Source: Marsupella aquatica (lineage: Eukaryota > Plantae > Marchantiophyta). From it: DNA of 64,000 nucleotides. This document shows positions 25,301-37,882 of this stretch, piece after piece. The notes under the pieces are model-generated. The model worked only from the letters and a program-made list of their open reading frames with translations, had not been told where the DNA came from and did no database searches. The position numbers were made by a program, and so were the translations under genes. The stretch spans positions 3,206,490 through 3,270,489 of the forward strand of contig OZ316893.1 in the NCBI GenBank assembly GCA_973895155.1, written 5' to 3'. Each line of letters begins with the position of its first letter. Positions within the stretch are counted from its first letter, which is position 1.

Positions 25301-25658
25301 AGGAACCCAAGCTCCAACCCCATTCAGAGTCATGACCAGACATGCTCTCTCCCCCTTTCTAAGTTTACGCTTGAAGTGGCTCACATTTACACTCAAAAAG
25401 ATCGAAATTGCAGGTGATTCCGGGTCTCGAATCAGTTTTGAACGTCAGGGCTGACAATAAGTCAGTGCTGTTCTTCTAATTACAATTTCTCCGGACTTGC
25501 AGAGAGAAACTTGAAGAATGGATGAGAAAGTTAAACAGACCATGAATTTACATATCTAATCCCAGACTCCCGTCTTAAGATGACCTACTCCTTTCTGATA
25601 GTCGAAGTTTACCCAAAATCGGACACCTAGACAGCTGAAGGGCGTAAGCACCTACCAT
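22312..25658 (-). CDS. NPF: NRT1/PTR family (NPF) transporter, ~605 aa
   Basis: Exons 25656-25658 (ATG only, least certain), 24894-25074, 24440-24657, 23480-24027 and 22312-23179 total 1818 nt, all GT-AG and in phase. Motifs LGGFLADSYLG, ALGSGFVKAGLAALGAQQFDE, YFTWFYF, RFLDRAA, QVEETK, QQGQTLNR, RIGLG, EFFYHE. Confidence 0.95.
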
Positions 25659-27924
25659 TGAAGATTCCAAATATCAGTACTCCAGATGAAAAATATCGAT
25701 CGGACTGCCTACTCTGAACGATGTCAGTGCATTCTCTCCTGCATATCGCAACCTCCTTGCCTATTGTCAAAGCTCCATATATGTTAGGAGAATGTGGCCT
25801 TGAGGCAGGTTTTACAGCTCAGAGGGCGAGGAATCGATGCAGCCCTTATATAGGTTGCCAGACTACGTACTGTACTTGCCTTCAAACAGGTTTTCGACTG
25901 TACAGCCTGTTGCGTTCGTCCTTTCATGTGCTTGGCCAGAACTACAGGTCTGTGGAATGATCAAAGATATATCGATCCCTAGTAGCTGAACATACTATGC
26001 TGAGTACGTGTTTTTTTTTGTGTTTGGCCTGCTTCTTTATAGGCAAGAGGCGGGATGAGTCTGAGTCCACTAGGGTACTCTTCTCCTCTAACTTACTGGA
26101 CAGTACACCATTTAAGTATCATTCATGCAAATCCCAGTTAGGCAACTTTTTACATTAGAATGGGATCGAAATGGCCGGCTAAATATATATATGTTTTTTT
26201 GTAAAATATCTCAGACAAACTTCAACGGCGATGACTTCACCGACTCAAGTGACAGCACACTCTGCTTCGCATTGGGATTCTCAAGCCTAACAATTGCAGT
26301 AACAGCTAGGATGAAATCTTGCAGCCACAACCTTGAAGCCAGACCTGAAACTACGGAGGGAATCACGTCCACCTCATGTAGATGCAGACTGTGAGTAACT
26401 ACAATATACACAGTGGCTAATGAGTATACAGCTAGCTATGTAAGAAGAGCAAATGGCCGTATTCCCTTGCTCCAACTTCAAGTAATCTTCCCCAAATAGC
26501 AATGAAAAGTTTTTAGGAGTATTATATCTAGATAAATAAATGAGAGGAAAAATATTTATGTAATTAAGATAGTGTAGTATACTAGAAAAAACAGTAAAAT
26601 AGTTCTTCCTCAAATGGTAATATAAAGCTTTTTGGATTATCATATCTAGGTAAATGAGAAAAAAATAGTATTTAGGATACCTAAAAGGAGTGAGGATCCC
26701 CAATAATAAAGTAAAATAGTTTGACTGTAGTCTTTTTCACTCAAAACGATTCTCATCTCATGTTGAGGAAAATAATTAATCAATCCTTTTAGAGTTTGGG
26801 ATCGATCTTTTTGTAACCACTTCAAAGCAAGGATAATTTAGTTTTGGGTGTCTTGGTACTTGTGCCTCAATGTTTATTCCTTTACAAAGTGTCTTCTCTT
26901 CAAAGATGATTCCTTTACAAAGTGATGGCCCCTCGTCTATCCTCACATGTGATCTTTCTAGAATACAACTCTTTAGCTTCTAAACTATTGAAAATCACTT
27001 TCAAAAAAATGGTGGGCCTCATGTTTTTCTCATAATGACTTAGGTGAGATAAACATAAATCTCTCAAAATCATAAACTTAGTAAACAGAACTCTGAGTTG
27101 TAGTTAAGATGGGAGGGTTGACATTATCTTGAAATGTATATTTCTCACTCACCCCTTGGATTCCATGACACTCTTGGGACAACCTAGCTTAGTTATGCTT
27201 TAGGTATCATAGTGTATGAAAACTCATTTTAATAATATGGCTTGAATCTAAGGATAAAAATAACATATATAGACCTAAAGAAGGGAATAAAAACAAAAAT
27301 TACAACCATTATTTGGAAAAAATAATTTCAAAGTCCAAAAATACAGAGATACACCTTGTCTAAACTAAATGGAAACAAAAATACATCTCAAAATTAATGT
27401 TGAAAGTTGACTCACTACCAGACATGCAGATTAATATGTTCTATTGGTCTGGTCCAAAAGCTGATCTGATCAATAAGTATAATTAATCACATGTACCGGT
27501 CAGATATATAATATTAGATTAGTGCAGATATAGTATCTCCTACTAAAGTGATAATAACTACTTTGCCTAGCAATTCAGATTATATCAGGTATACTTAGTA
27601 GTAGGTAGATAAGACAGTGGCAGCCTAACAATATGCCATGTGTACAATTCCAGTTTTGTTTGTATTTGGCTCTTTGTATATAGCTGCCTTGAGGGGTTTT
27701 GTCAGTAGAGCATAGTTTACATAGCTGACATAAATATTCCAACATGTTATGCATGGGCCCACATCACGGCCGTAGCCTAAGTCTCACTTAGTTTGATGTT
27801 CCGGACACTGAATATATAGTACTTTTGTAAGTTGAGCTATAAAGAGAGAGAGAGAGAGTAGCAAACCCAAGATCAAACTCAAATGTTTCTCACATAACCA
27901 AGTTTTTAGGATCAATTTCATTTC

Positions 27925-28290
27925 CAGTATGGAAATTTCAGATTCAATTAGTTTTCAATGCAAGGAGTTGATGGTAGTAGTTGACGGTTGTGAAGCAAAG
28001 CCTGCTCGGGGTGCTCCAACAGCTAGTAAGTACTAGAGAGTGGAAGACCAAGGACAAGGCAGCAAAGAGGTACATTTGTGCAACACTTCATGATCTCACA
28101 TTTCAGGATGTTTGGATGTGAGGCGGCCTACACTCTTGTGCCCCAGCAGTTCAGGATGAAACTTGAACAGATGAGTGGCAAGAGAATATATGTTGGGTAT
28201 TGTAAAATACCTCAACGACCGGCTATCGATTACGGGATTCTATATCAAATAGGATCAAATGACTCACAGTCATGAAATAATCTTTCATGA
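27925..28290 (+). pseudogene. Highly degenerate Ty1/copia relic (gag N-terminus joined to the post-integrase SH3-like segment)
   Basis: WKFQIQLVF...ELMVVVDG...W..KD is gag-like, followed by HFRMFGCEAAYTLVPQQFRMKLEQMSGKRIYVGY. Confidence 0.6.
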
Positions 28291-29259
28291 AACCTTGCCT
28301 AATCACAAGATACACCCTTTAGTGATAGAGGGGGATGAGAATTAATCAAGTCCAATTACTAGTCTATCTAGCGCTGATCAAGAAACTATATCCCATGAAG
28401 CTGGGAGTTTGTAGGTTGTACTCACTGGGAGCCCAAGCTATTGGATTGGTAAGATGTCTGCAGACAAAAACAAGTCAAGCAGAAAATATCTCCAAACCTG
28501 GAAAAGATCTCAAGCAAAAATGCTCTCATGCGGGTAAATGGCAAACTAAAAACACATCAAGTGGAAACATATCATGCAAAAAAGAATCTCAAAGAAACAA
28601 GAGATCATAGAGAGCCAAACAAACTGGAAGGTCAACGAAAAATATATGCAAGATTGTGGGCAATCCAGGGGAGGAATTTAAGCCAGCTAGGATGAGTGAA
28701 AAGATAGATAATCCCTCCCCAGGCCTACACCTCTCCCATTCATGATTGAATCTCTTCCCAACAGATTTTTTTATAACAAATGAAGGGTGTTTTAAATCCT
28801 CAAATCTATCTGATTATAATAACATAGGTAAATTTTATATAGGACTGAAAATTCTTTTTAGAACGAACAAGATACATTTTAATGTTCTTCCAAAATATAA
28901 CAAGGGGTACCTGGGGGGCCTTCGGTCACAAGTATGTCTCATTACATTTCCCTTAGTGAGGGCCCAAGGCTTATTTCTCTTTTCAAAATCTTCATGATAT
29001 TCAAAAATGTGTACCAAAAAACCACCAAAAAATGGTATGTATTTTCCAAACTAGACTCAAGAGAATTTTACCACCAAAATCTAAGCATATCTTATATGAT
29101 ATTCTCACAATTGTATAAACCTTGAAATATGCACTTTATAAAAGTAGTCAAAATCAAACTCATCGATCAGAGTTTAAGTCAAACTCAATGTTTTACAGAA
29201 TAGAACCCAACTTAACCCCAAGTGGTTTCACATGCTACAAGCCCCCCTATTTACCTAGT

Positions 29260-32200
29260 CTAATCCAAAGGGACCGCTTCCCCTTCCTCGGTTCCGGAAG
29301 TCCCTGCCGTCAATTCTGGAACAATTGTGGCATCGTCAACCACGCTATCCTCTCCGGCCTGAGGAATGTCTTCCTCACTATCCTCATCTGTCTCCCCTTG
29401 TCTGTCTTCCTCTTCAATGTTATCTGCAAGGTTAAGAATCCTCCCTTTCAACACACTGCTCTGTCGCTCGTCAATCTCAATGGCAACGCAATGTCTCCCC
29501 ATGGCCAAGGAGGAGGTTGTCCCAGTCCCTGATCCTAAACAAATATCCAAAACCCAGTCTCCAACCTGACTAAAATGACTCACTTCCCAATCTAACAATG
29601 CACGTGGTTTCTGATAGACATTCACTGCCTTGTTATCCCCGTTGGGTTTCAGCTTCTTAGTCACAGCTGCGCATACAACCACATTGTTCCTGGATTCATT
29701 TGTGTCAAAATTGAAGTGCTCCAATGACCGTTTACCATCTTGGCTGTGAAAGCCAATTGTAAAGCACTCAAAGTTGCTGTTCAATCTTGGCCCACCAGCA
29801 TTCTTCACATTATCCTTCACCCTGAAAAGTCACAAAAAGTCAAGGAGTCATTTAAACTTAGAAACATGGATCATGAAATCATGAACAACTAATAATTGTT
29901 TTTTTCAAAAACAAATATTTCTTACCACACACAATTCTGGAACCCTCCATTACACTCCGCTTTCAAAATGGTCTTGATGGCCTCATATTGGTCAAGGCTG
30001 TGGTGAATGATAATACGCCACAACTTCGCAGTAGTAGCCACCTTGAAAGATTGGACCATTTTTGTGATCTCCTCAATTCCCCATCCAGTAGTGTCCTCAT
30101 GAAGACATCCAGGCAATGCAAACCCGTAGGGGATATCCACTAAAGCTAATGTGTAAGCCCGACCAGGAACCACCTCGTGTAATTGCTGAGCATCATGAGT
30201 AAAAATATCATAATGCACATCACCAAACTCTGGATGCTCAAAAGAATTTGGATGAAGTTCCCCTCTTGGGTTTGTCGACTAGAAGTCTTCATGGATAGCC
30301 AATTTTGCGCTTGCACAATATGCGCATTGAATTTGTCTGGGAATGACTTGAGATCTTTGCCTTCCTCATCTCCCTTCTTTTTCCGGGAGGTGGTATCTTT
30401 CTACAAAAGAGAACCTTACAATTAGAAACAAGGATTCCAAATATTCAATGAATACAAACAAGCATTTGAAGAAAGGTGACAGAATCTTATCCATGTCTGG
30501 AAAACAGGTACAAAATTCTTAAGCACATTGTCTGTGCAATGCTCAGGGTACTTGGTTTTACAACCTGACCAACTCTCCTTGTGTAAACACGTGAGGAAGG
30601 CCTTCTGCACCTGCATCTGGAATTTGTGTCGAGTAAATTCGTGAGCCATTTCCTGTAAAGAGAGTTCTTTAGTAAGAACTCTCTGTAACACTGGGCAAAT
30701 CATATCAGGATCTTTCAAGGCCTGCATGTGTCTCCACTCTGTTAATTTCATGTCCTCATAAGGCAATTTGGCATCTCCAGACTTAGAGACTTTCTTCTTG
30801 CCCTTGTCTCCTTTTTGACCTTTGATCTCACACATCTCCCACTTGTCACAAATCTACCTCACAAATGACCACACAGGATCTTGTCGGAATGCCAACTGAA
30901 ATAGGTTATCGTTGGCATTAAGAACCTCAGCATCTTTTTGCACACCCCAATCCTTGAGATTGATTTCAGTAGCACACTCTTTCTTGAAATCCTGGTTGGA
31001 CGACAATCCATTCTCCACAAATCTCATGTGAATATAATTTACTCTCTGGATTGTCGTCATTTGTTGTCGAAATTCAGAATCAATATTGTGACTCCACGCC
31101 AAGTTTCTTGCCTCTTGCACACTCAATCCCGCAAATATCCAAGATTGCACTCTCCAAAATGCCTTGTTGTTAGGGAACTAAAGAGCAAGGTCTGCTTTGG
31201 CACAGGCTGAATGGTTGCCCCCAATCACATAATAATGGTAATCAGATTTCCTTGAAAAATCAAAGTCTTGCCTAGTAGCACACTCCTTCGGATCCACCAA
31301 GAGGACAAACGGAGCTGCAAGTGGACTGGCACCTACAGTCTTCATCCGCAAGGTCAATTGGGTCAAGAAATATGGTTGGATGTGTCGAACCTGGTAAATG
31401 GGCAAGCCCACATCCTTCTCTCTCACTGGAGGGTAAAGTTGACCAATGTCAACCGTCACAGTCTCCTCTTGAACACCACATCTTCCCAGAATCTCCTCCT
31501 GGTAAATACCCGTGCATCCTTTGACATTGATTGAGCCTTTTGCTCCAAATGCGTCGGAATTTTCTCCAAAGTTTTCTTTTTTGACTTTGGAGCACTGGGC
31601 TCGGCAGGCTCAGGAGTCATAGCAGGTCGCTTCTTTGAAGAAGTACGAGTTCCAGTCGTACCTTGTGCCGACCCACCAGTCAAAGCCGTTCCCTAGGATG
31701 ATCTGCCAACTTGAGATCCCCCTCCAGATGCTGCTGCTTCACGGGAGGTTGCAGGCGCTACCACGGTCAAAATGTCATTGGGTAAAATGCTAGGCCTGGA
31801 TCGAGATGGAACATCGGAAGCCCCAGATTTGAGTGGATGACTTACTCCCTTCTCTGCCGATCTTTTCCGGAGAATCTCTCGCGATTTTTGGATTGCACTC
31901 TTTAAAGTGCTAGCGTGAAATTTGAACACAAAACCAGAAATCTTTCCCGCGACGTCGTGGTAACGTTCCTCACTCGAAAGAGACTTGACAGTCTCAATGA
32001 TGCTATCGATGTCCTCATCGAGATAGCAGGTGGCAGCCATTCCAGAAAACCTCTCCACATCCATGACAATCAAAGTCGATGTTTCCTTCGTTGTGATCAA
32101 CATGTTCACAACTTTGTCGCCCAGTCAAAATACATCAATACGGCCGTAATTGACCCACCCTAATGCCCCCGATGGAAGCCCCTCAAATACACACAACATT

Positions 32201-32319
32201 AGGAAGGGCTTCTTCCATGTTTCTGTCCCTAAGGAAATCATCCAGGATGAGTTGTGGAAGTCCGTCAAAGGATGGCGCGAAAAGATGTCATCCACCAGCT
32301 CTTCCTGCGATATTGTCAT
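29260..32319 (-). pseudogene. ParB/Srx-like domain + beta-class DNA amino-methyltransferase (N4-cytosine/N6-adenine), spliced, decayed
   Basis: Consecutive minus-strand ORFs linked by in-frame stops and two frameshifts. ParB-like YYVIGGNHS (~31210-31235); motif IV LVDIPYG (~30123-30143); NCVWVK rebuilt across GT-AG intron 29822-29925; motifs X/I YQKPRALLDWEVSHFSQVGDWVLDICLGSGTG...GRHCVAIEIDE. A second intron 30401-30490 has an AT (probably mutated GT) donor. Confidence 0.85.
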
Positions 32320-32540
32320 GTTTCCGCCTGATCTTTAAAACCTAAAAACATACCACAAAATCAGTCCACTTCAAACCCAACCTGCGACACAAAGTGCCAC
32401 AGAACCAAAGAATGTGCCAACAAATGGATACTAAAGCCGTGTCCTTACGGATCTAACAACGCTCTCGGCTTCAGGACTCCTATCATGAATTCATGAAGGG
32501 AGTCTCCCTCTCGCACTGACCTTCATGAATTCATGCAGGG

Positions 32541-35500
32541 TGTGGTGAGTCCCATGCCTCCCCAAACCCAAGAAACCCCCTTGCTCAAGCCGATTCCTAC
32601 AGGTTTCATCCTTGGCGAGGCTGTTTCCGCGGCTTAGCGGCATGGGACACTGCTAATTCTCCTTCTACTACTTTTATTAACATTTTACACACATATACTG
32701 GACAGATCCTTCATCGGGTCATGAGATACGCAGTCGGCCTAATCTAGGCCTTCTCTTGTCTTTCCCTCCTGTTGGTTAGGTATATTTGGATTCCGCCGCC
32801 GGAATGATCCCCAATTGGTTTGGTTAAGCCGCTAAGACCTCTCTCAGCTCGACACATCCAACTCTCACTCCCTTGCTTACTTCCCTTCTACTTGTTGATG
32901 TGGGCACTCTTCACACAAGTTAATGCGACACACAAATAGCAAAATGACTCCTTCTGACTGAGTTATACCTATGCACTTGCAATACAAACAGTACATCTCA
33001 TACACAAGCTCTACGAACTAAGCCGTGAGGCCAACTCTATTCAGTTCTTAGGTATGAGGAAACATGAATATAGACAAGGGTCACTGTATAACTAACCGAG
33101 AGCTTCTCTTACTACTTGATCCCAGCCCTGCTGGTGCAACTAAAAACTTGCTAAAGAAGAGGCCCTGAACTCCCCGCAGCCCAGGTACTTATCCTGGTTG
33201 TGGATCCGCCTGATTCCTTGCAGCGTAAGCCTAATCTACCTACTGTAATCTACCTAACTGTAATCTACCTATGTACAGCAAGGCAGGAGCACAAGTGTCG
33301 TCCTCACCCGTGGATCCAAAATCCCACTAATCTAAGTGTCAGGGCCGTCTCCTGGTCCTGATCCTAAGTCTAAACTTGGAGATCAGCGCCCGCCCTGCCC
33401 ACTCACGCCTCCTACCTCCACGTCCGCCTTCCCTAAAAGGGACGGCGCCCTTACACCGTCACGACACCGGTGGCTGGTCCTCAATGGACGCCCCCAATGC
33501 TTCCTCCGCAACCACTGCCATTGGTCCGTCTTTTGACAGATTACCTGCCCCTGGCCGAGTCAACTCTTCATCGGCCTGACTGGGTCCACCCTCGGCTTCG
33601 GCCTCAGCATCGGTCACGGCCTCTGCGGCATGTTCTAGTGGAGGATCCGGTACCTCGGCAGCATTACTGGTTCTCCCGGCCTCGGCCTTGCCATCTCCAC
33701 TTCCTAGGACTGGTGGATCCACCGCCGTGCCGATGCCGGAGGTTGGTGCCGGGTTTATCTTCTCGGTCACAACGGCTTGAGAAGCCGTATAATTCCCAGA
33801 CCTAGAAGGTTTCCGCTTCTTCTTCTTCCCTATTTCGACAGCCGGTTCCTTCCCCTTGCCACTTACCTCCGGTACCGGGGTGAGTGTTTCGGCTTGTCCT
33901 TCGGCCAATACTACCCCTGGTAACTGGGTTCCCCCAATTGGAGTTGGACCTGATGAAGCCAAGCATTTAAATACTGCGGCTGGTGTCTTCAGTCGCTCCG
34001 TTTGGTTGTCGGCCCGCCGCTGTAGGTTCTCCATCTTCCTCGTGATTTCCTCCAACTCCTCCTGGGTCTCGTCCAGGTCCTTGCGCGCCTCCTCCAGCTC
34101 CTTATTGGCTTCCTCCAATTCTTTCTTTAAGGTAGCCCTCTCCTCCTGGGTTGCTCTTAGCTCCTTGTCGAGCTCTGCTACGACCACAGACTCCATCTTA
34201 TTCATCTTGGCATAAGTCTGGTCGAGCTAGTCATCCTTTTCACACAGGTCGGCCTTGAAGCTGGCCATTAGGGACGCAAGCTCCTGCTGCAGCGCAATAA
34301 TCCCTTGATAGGATTTCCCTAACTCTGCTTCCTTCTGCTCAAGGGCTCCACGGATATCTTTGAGCTCTCCTTTCAACGCCCTCTCCCTTCTCTGGTTCTC
34401 CGCCATGGCCCGATTGTTGGTTGCTAAGTGGGCCTCCTCTGCATCCCTTAGCTCCCACTTCCATTTCTCTCTTTCCTTGACTGCGCCGGCCAACTCTCCT
34501 TGGGTCCGAGTCAGTTTATCTTTGATAATCTGATTGTCAGACTGAGCGGTATCCAACTGCCCCTGCATGATGTTTTGCTCATGCCGCTTAATCCGCAGCT
34601 CATCTTGGGCTTCTTGGCCACCTGCAGGACTTCCACCTTGGCTTCCTTCTCCCTAAGCCGCCGGATGACCTCGTCCTTGTTGCTTCTCTCCAAAGCCACC
34701 GCTTCTTCTAATCGGTGCTTTTCCAACATCTCCCTCTGGAAAAAGGGTCCCTGCTCCAACTCCTCCCCAAAGATGCTGAGCGCCAGGTCCCCACACATCT
34801 CCTCGTACTCCATGGCTCTATCCTTAGCATAGGTGGAGTAACTAGAAGTCATCGGCATCAACCACCGCGGCCTCTGCTCCCAAGCCGCCTTGCGGATTTC
34901 TTCTATGGTGGCAAAAGGGTTGCTTCTTTTTTCGGCAAGCCGCCTGATGTCCTCTGGCCAATCTCCTCCTGGTAAATCTTTCTCCCTAGCCAGGGCTGCT
35001 TTCTCTTCCTCCCTAAGTCACTCCTGAAATTCTTGTGCCATCTACTTTATGCCGTCAAAGCTTGGGGGAGCAACCTCTGGTGGGGGAGACTCGGGGCTAC
35101 TCTGCTGGGTGGGGTCGCCTCGAACTACTCTTGGAAGCGTGGGGATAAATCGGCCACAGGTCCTTACTCCTGGAACATGATGATCCGACCCATAGCCGGA
35201 GTTATCATTGCTGTAGTCCTCCACCGCCTCCTCCACTACTTGGACTCCCGGCTTCTCCCTTTGTTTCCCTGGTCTTGTCATGAAAATGACCTTATAGATC
35301 ACGGGCTCTGGTTCCTCTAGTTTCCAGGTTGTCGTCTCCCTCTGCTCTCCGCGGGAAGGAGCCTTAGGTTGCTCTGCCTCTGATTCGGGGCTTGAGGCTC
35401 CCATGTACATTCACACTCCCAACTTGTGTTCCGGCCTAAATCTCTCCTTGGTTCCGGTAAAGGGGTCTTCCCTTCTGAGTCGGCTTAGGCCAACCTCTAG

Positions 35501-37262
35501 GGCAGCGTCCTGTATCGGTGCCGTTGCCGTTGCCGGAACCAGTGTGGGTGCCGTTCTCTTTTCTTTCTCCAGCAATTTCAGCAGATTTTGCATGCCTGGT
35601 TGCTGCATCGGCAAGTCTTCTTTCCTTGTCCGAAACACCTGCTCGATCGTCGGACTGTCGGGCTGGTTGGGCTTCTTTGGTGCCGGCCCCTACTCCGGAA
35701 CCTCCTCCGGTGCCCTTGCCGATAGGGGAAGTACTGGGGCAAAGATTTGACTTCTGGCATACCGGCACAACAGCGGCATGTGATAGCCAAGCCGGGACAC
35801 GCTTTCCACGCCGATCACCTGCTGTTCCTCCTTCAAGATCTTCTTCAGCTGGTTGAGGAGGTACCCATTGTAATCCCGGCTTGGGTCTGGCCTTTCTGCT
35901 AGGTAGACCTGAGCCTTGCCGATCTCTGGCCTCGACAAGTTACAATGCATGGTCACCCGCAAGAAATCGATCATCTCTCCGATGTGTGGGTTGGTGCAGG
36001 TGTTCCGAAAGAAGCCATTCTTTGTTGATGGTCCTGGGAATGACCGAAACTCCTTGTCAGGTAAGGTCTTCTTGGTATCAACCTTGGTCTTATTACCCAT
36101 CGGCAAGCCAAACACCTCAGCAATCACCCGGGGAGTGAGATAGAAATCCTTCCCATACACCCTCGTGGAATTGGTCTTGGGTTCCCATGATCCCACAAAT
36201 TCTAATAAGTCTGAGTCTGGCACCTCCGGCTTCAGCCATGGTAATCTTATGAAGGCTTCCAAGCCGGATCCGGCCATGAAGCCTTGGTACTTCTTGGTCT
36301 GCATGGCCGTAAAGCATGCATCCTCCTCCCGTGCAAAGTGTAATTGCACTTCCTCCGGTAGGGTCGCCGCCCAGCCTTTCCAGGTGTCATCGTTTGTTGG
36401 AATGGCATTGATGGGGTCGACCTCTTCCTCTTCGGCTTCTCCCCTTGTCCTGCTCTGCTGGCTTCCTAGGTGCTGCCGACCTCGTTCTTTTTGCCGGGGT
36501 GGCCTCTTCGTTGTTGTTTCCTTTCCTCTTCATCTCGGCTGCCGTGGATGTTTCTCCTAGCAAGGTTGCCTTCGTCCACCCCTCCGTGTTACCCTTCAAC
36601 TCCCAGTGTAGGTCGTTGCAGCGATTGATGGCTTCCCTGATGCCGACGATTCTATTTTCGCAAAACAGAAGGTCATCGAGCTGATTGGCAGTAGGAGTCC
36701 ACAAGAACTCGGCCTTGATAAGTTCTCCTCCTAAGAAAGTCATCTTTTGTAGTTCCCAGAGCCAAGCAAGCTCCTGCCGTTCTTGAGCTGCTCTCTCCGA
36801 TTCTTCATCCTCGTAAGTCCTGACGTACTCACCTGCTCGTTCGAACAGGCATCCCAAAAAATGTGCTGCTTGATTGACGTTGCTCATACCCTCCTTGAGT
36901 CGATCGTTGGTATCTATTCCCCCCGAGTGCTTGCCTAAGCAGCTGACAGTATTTGGCCTCCCGTAGTCGTCTGCCCAGTTCGTTCTTGCAAATGAGCCAC
37001 TGATCCTTGCGAGCGGGTTTTACCCCTCTCCTCCTCTGGTCTTCCCTCCCGTTGGTCATCCCTAGTCGCCGACGCTTAGCGCGCCCTAACCCTAATCGTG
37101 TTCTCTCCCCCGACGTCTTTACTTCCGGCCTCGGCCCGGGTTCCATAGTCACCCTTAATTGTTTATATTTTCCTTGTTTTTGTTCCTATACTAAGGTGTT
37201 TCCAGGGTACACTCCTGCTTTACTGTGTAAACCGGGCTAGTGATTCCTGGCTAGGCATCACA
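32541..37262 (-). mobile_element. 4722-bp solo LTR (family B) carrying a long gene
   Basis: Minus strand reads TGTGATGCCTAG...CCACA. Flanks are CAGGG and AAGGG (TSD with 1 mismatch); the uninterrupted host motif TCATGAATTCATGAAGGGAGTCTC is preserved at ~32483-32506. No gag/pol inside. Same terminus and ORF as the element starting at 61890. Confidence 0.82.
33459..37146 (-). pseudogene. Family-B LTR-encoded protein (~1200 codons, frameshifted): PMD-like core plus coiled coil
   Basis: ORF pieces 36829-37152, 36387-36887, 35690-36349, 35411-35638, 35042-35410, 34511-34861, 34227-34568 and 33459-34205. Core GLEAFIRLPW...EFVGSWE...TRVYGKDFYLTPRVIAEVFGLPMG. Confidence 0.78.
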
Positions 37263-37358
37263 AAGGGAGTCTCTTCTCTCTTTGCAAGTACACCTCGGAC
37301 ATTCCTGGCTAGGCATCACAAAGGGAGTCTCTTCTCTCTTTGCAAGTACACCTCGGAC
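37243..37358. repeat. Perfect 58-bp tandem duplication spanning the LTR end and its flank
   Basis: ATTCCTGGCTAGGCATCACAAAGGGAGTCTCTTCTCTCTTTGCAAGTACACCTCGGAC occurs twice (37243-37300, 37301-37358). Confidence 0.9.
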
Positions 37359-37882
37359 ATTTAGAAGGGTATTGAAAATGGGGTTCAGAGGGAGGGTGAT
37401 GTGAAGAAATCACCCAGGGTCTAAATAACTACCTAAAATAGGGTCAAAATGAAGCGCGACCACGACAACTCGCGACACGTCGCCGATGAGTGCTGAAAAC
37501 GGCACAAAATTGGATAGCGAGATTGTTTTTCACTCTTTTACAAAGGAAATCCAAATGACATCTAGTGAAAATGAATGGGTTGCCCCGTGTTACTTGGTTA
37601 TACATACTAATCACAGATAAGGCGCGACTTAGTAAAATTAACACCAAATCATGATAAATCAATGTTTTCGGGCCAATTATTCATGAATATTTTGGGGTAA
37701 TAACGAGAAAAAGTTCGTAAATTTCATGAATATCTGATATTTTTGAAGTTAAGAAGTCACAACAACCCGTGAAAAACTATAAATAGGCTTGTTTATTCAT
37801 GACTCTTGGTCATTATTTTGAGGAGATTTGTTAGATTTTACTAATTTTCTAAGTTTCTTGTCAATTTGCACTAGTTTTTCCA

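Noticed and set aside
28600-29250. Left terminus (TIR) of the MTase-linked element
   Set aside because: No convincing TIR or TSD could be identified because the partner end is lost at the ~40280 fusion.
29260-32319. Bacterial contamination or a restriction-modification operon as the source of the MTase
   Set aside because: The gene has spliceosomal introns, is embedded among plant TEs, and has no adjacent endonuclease gene.
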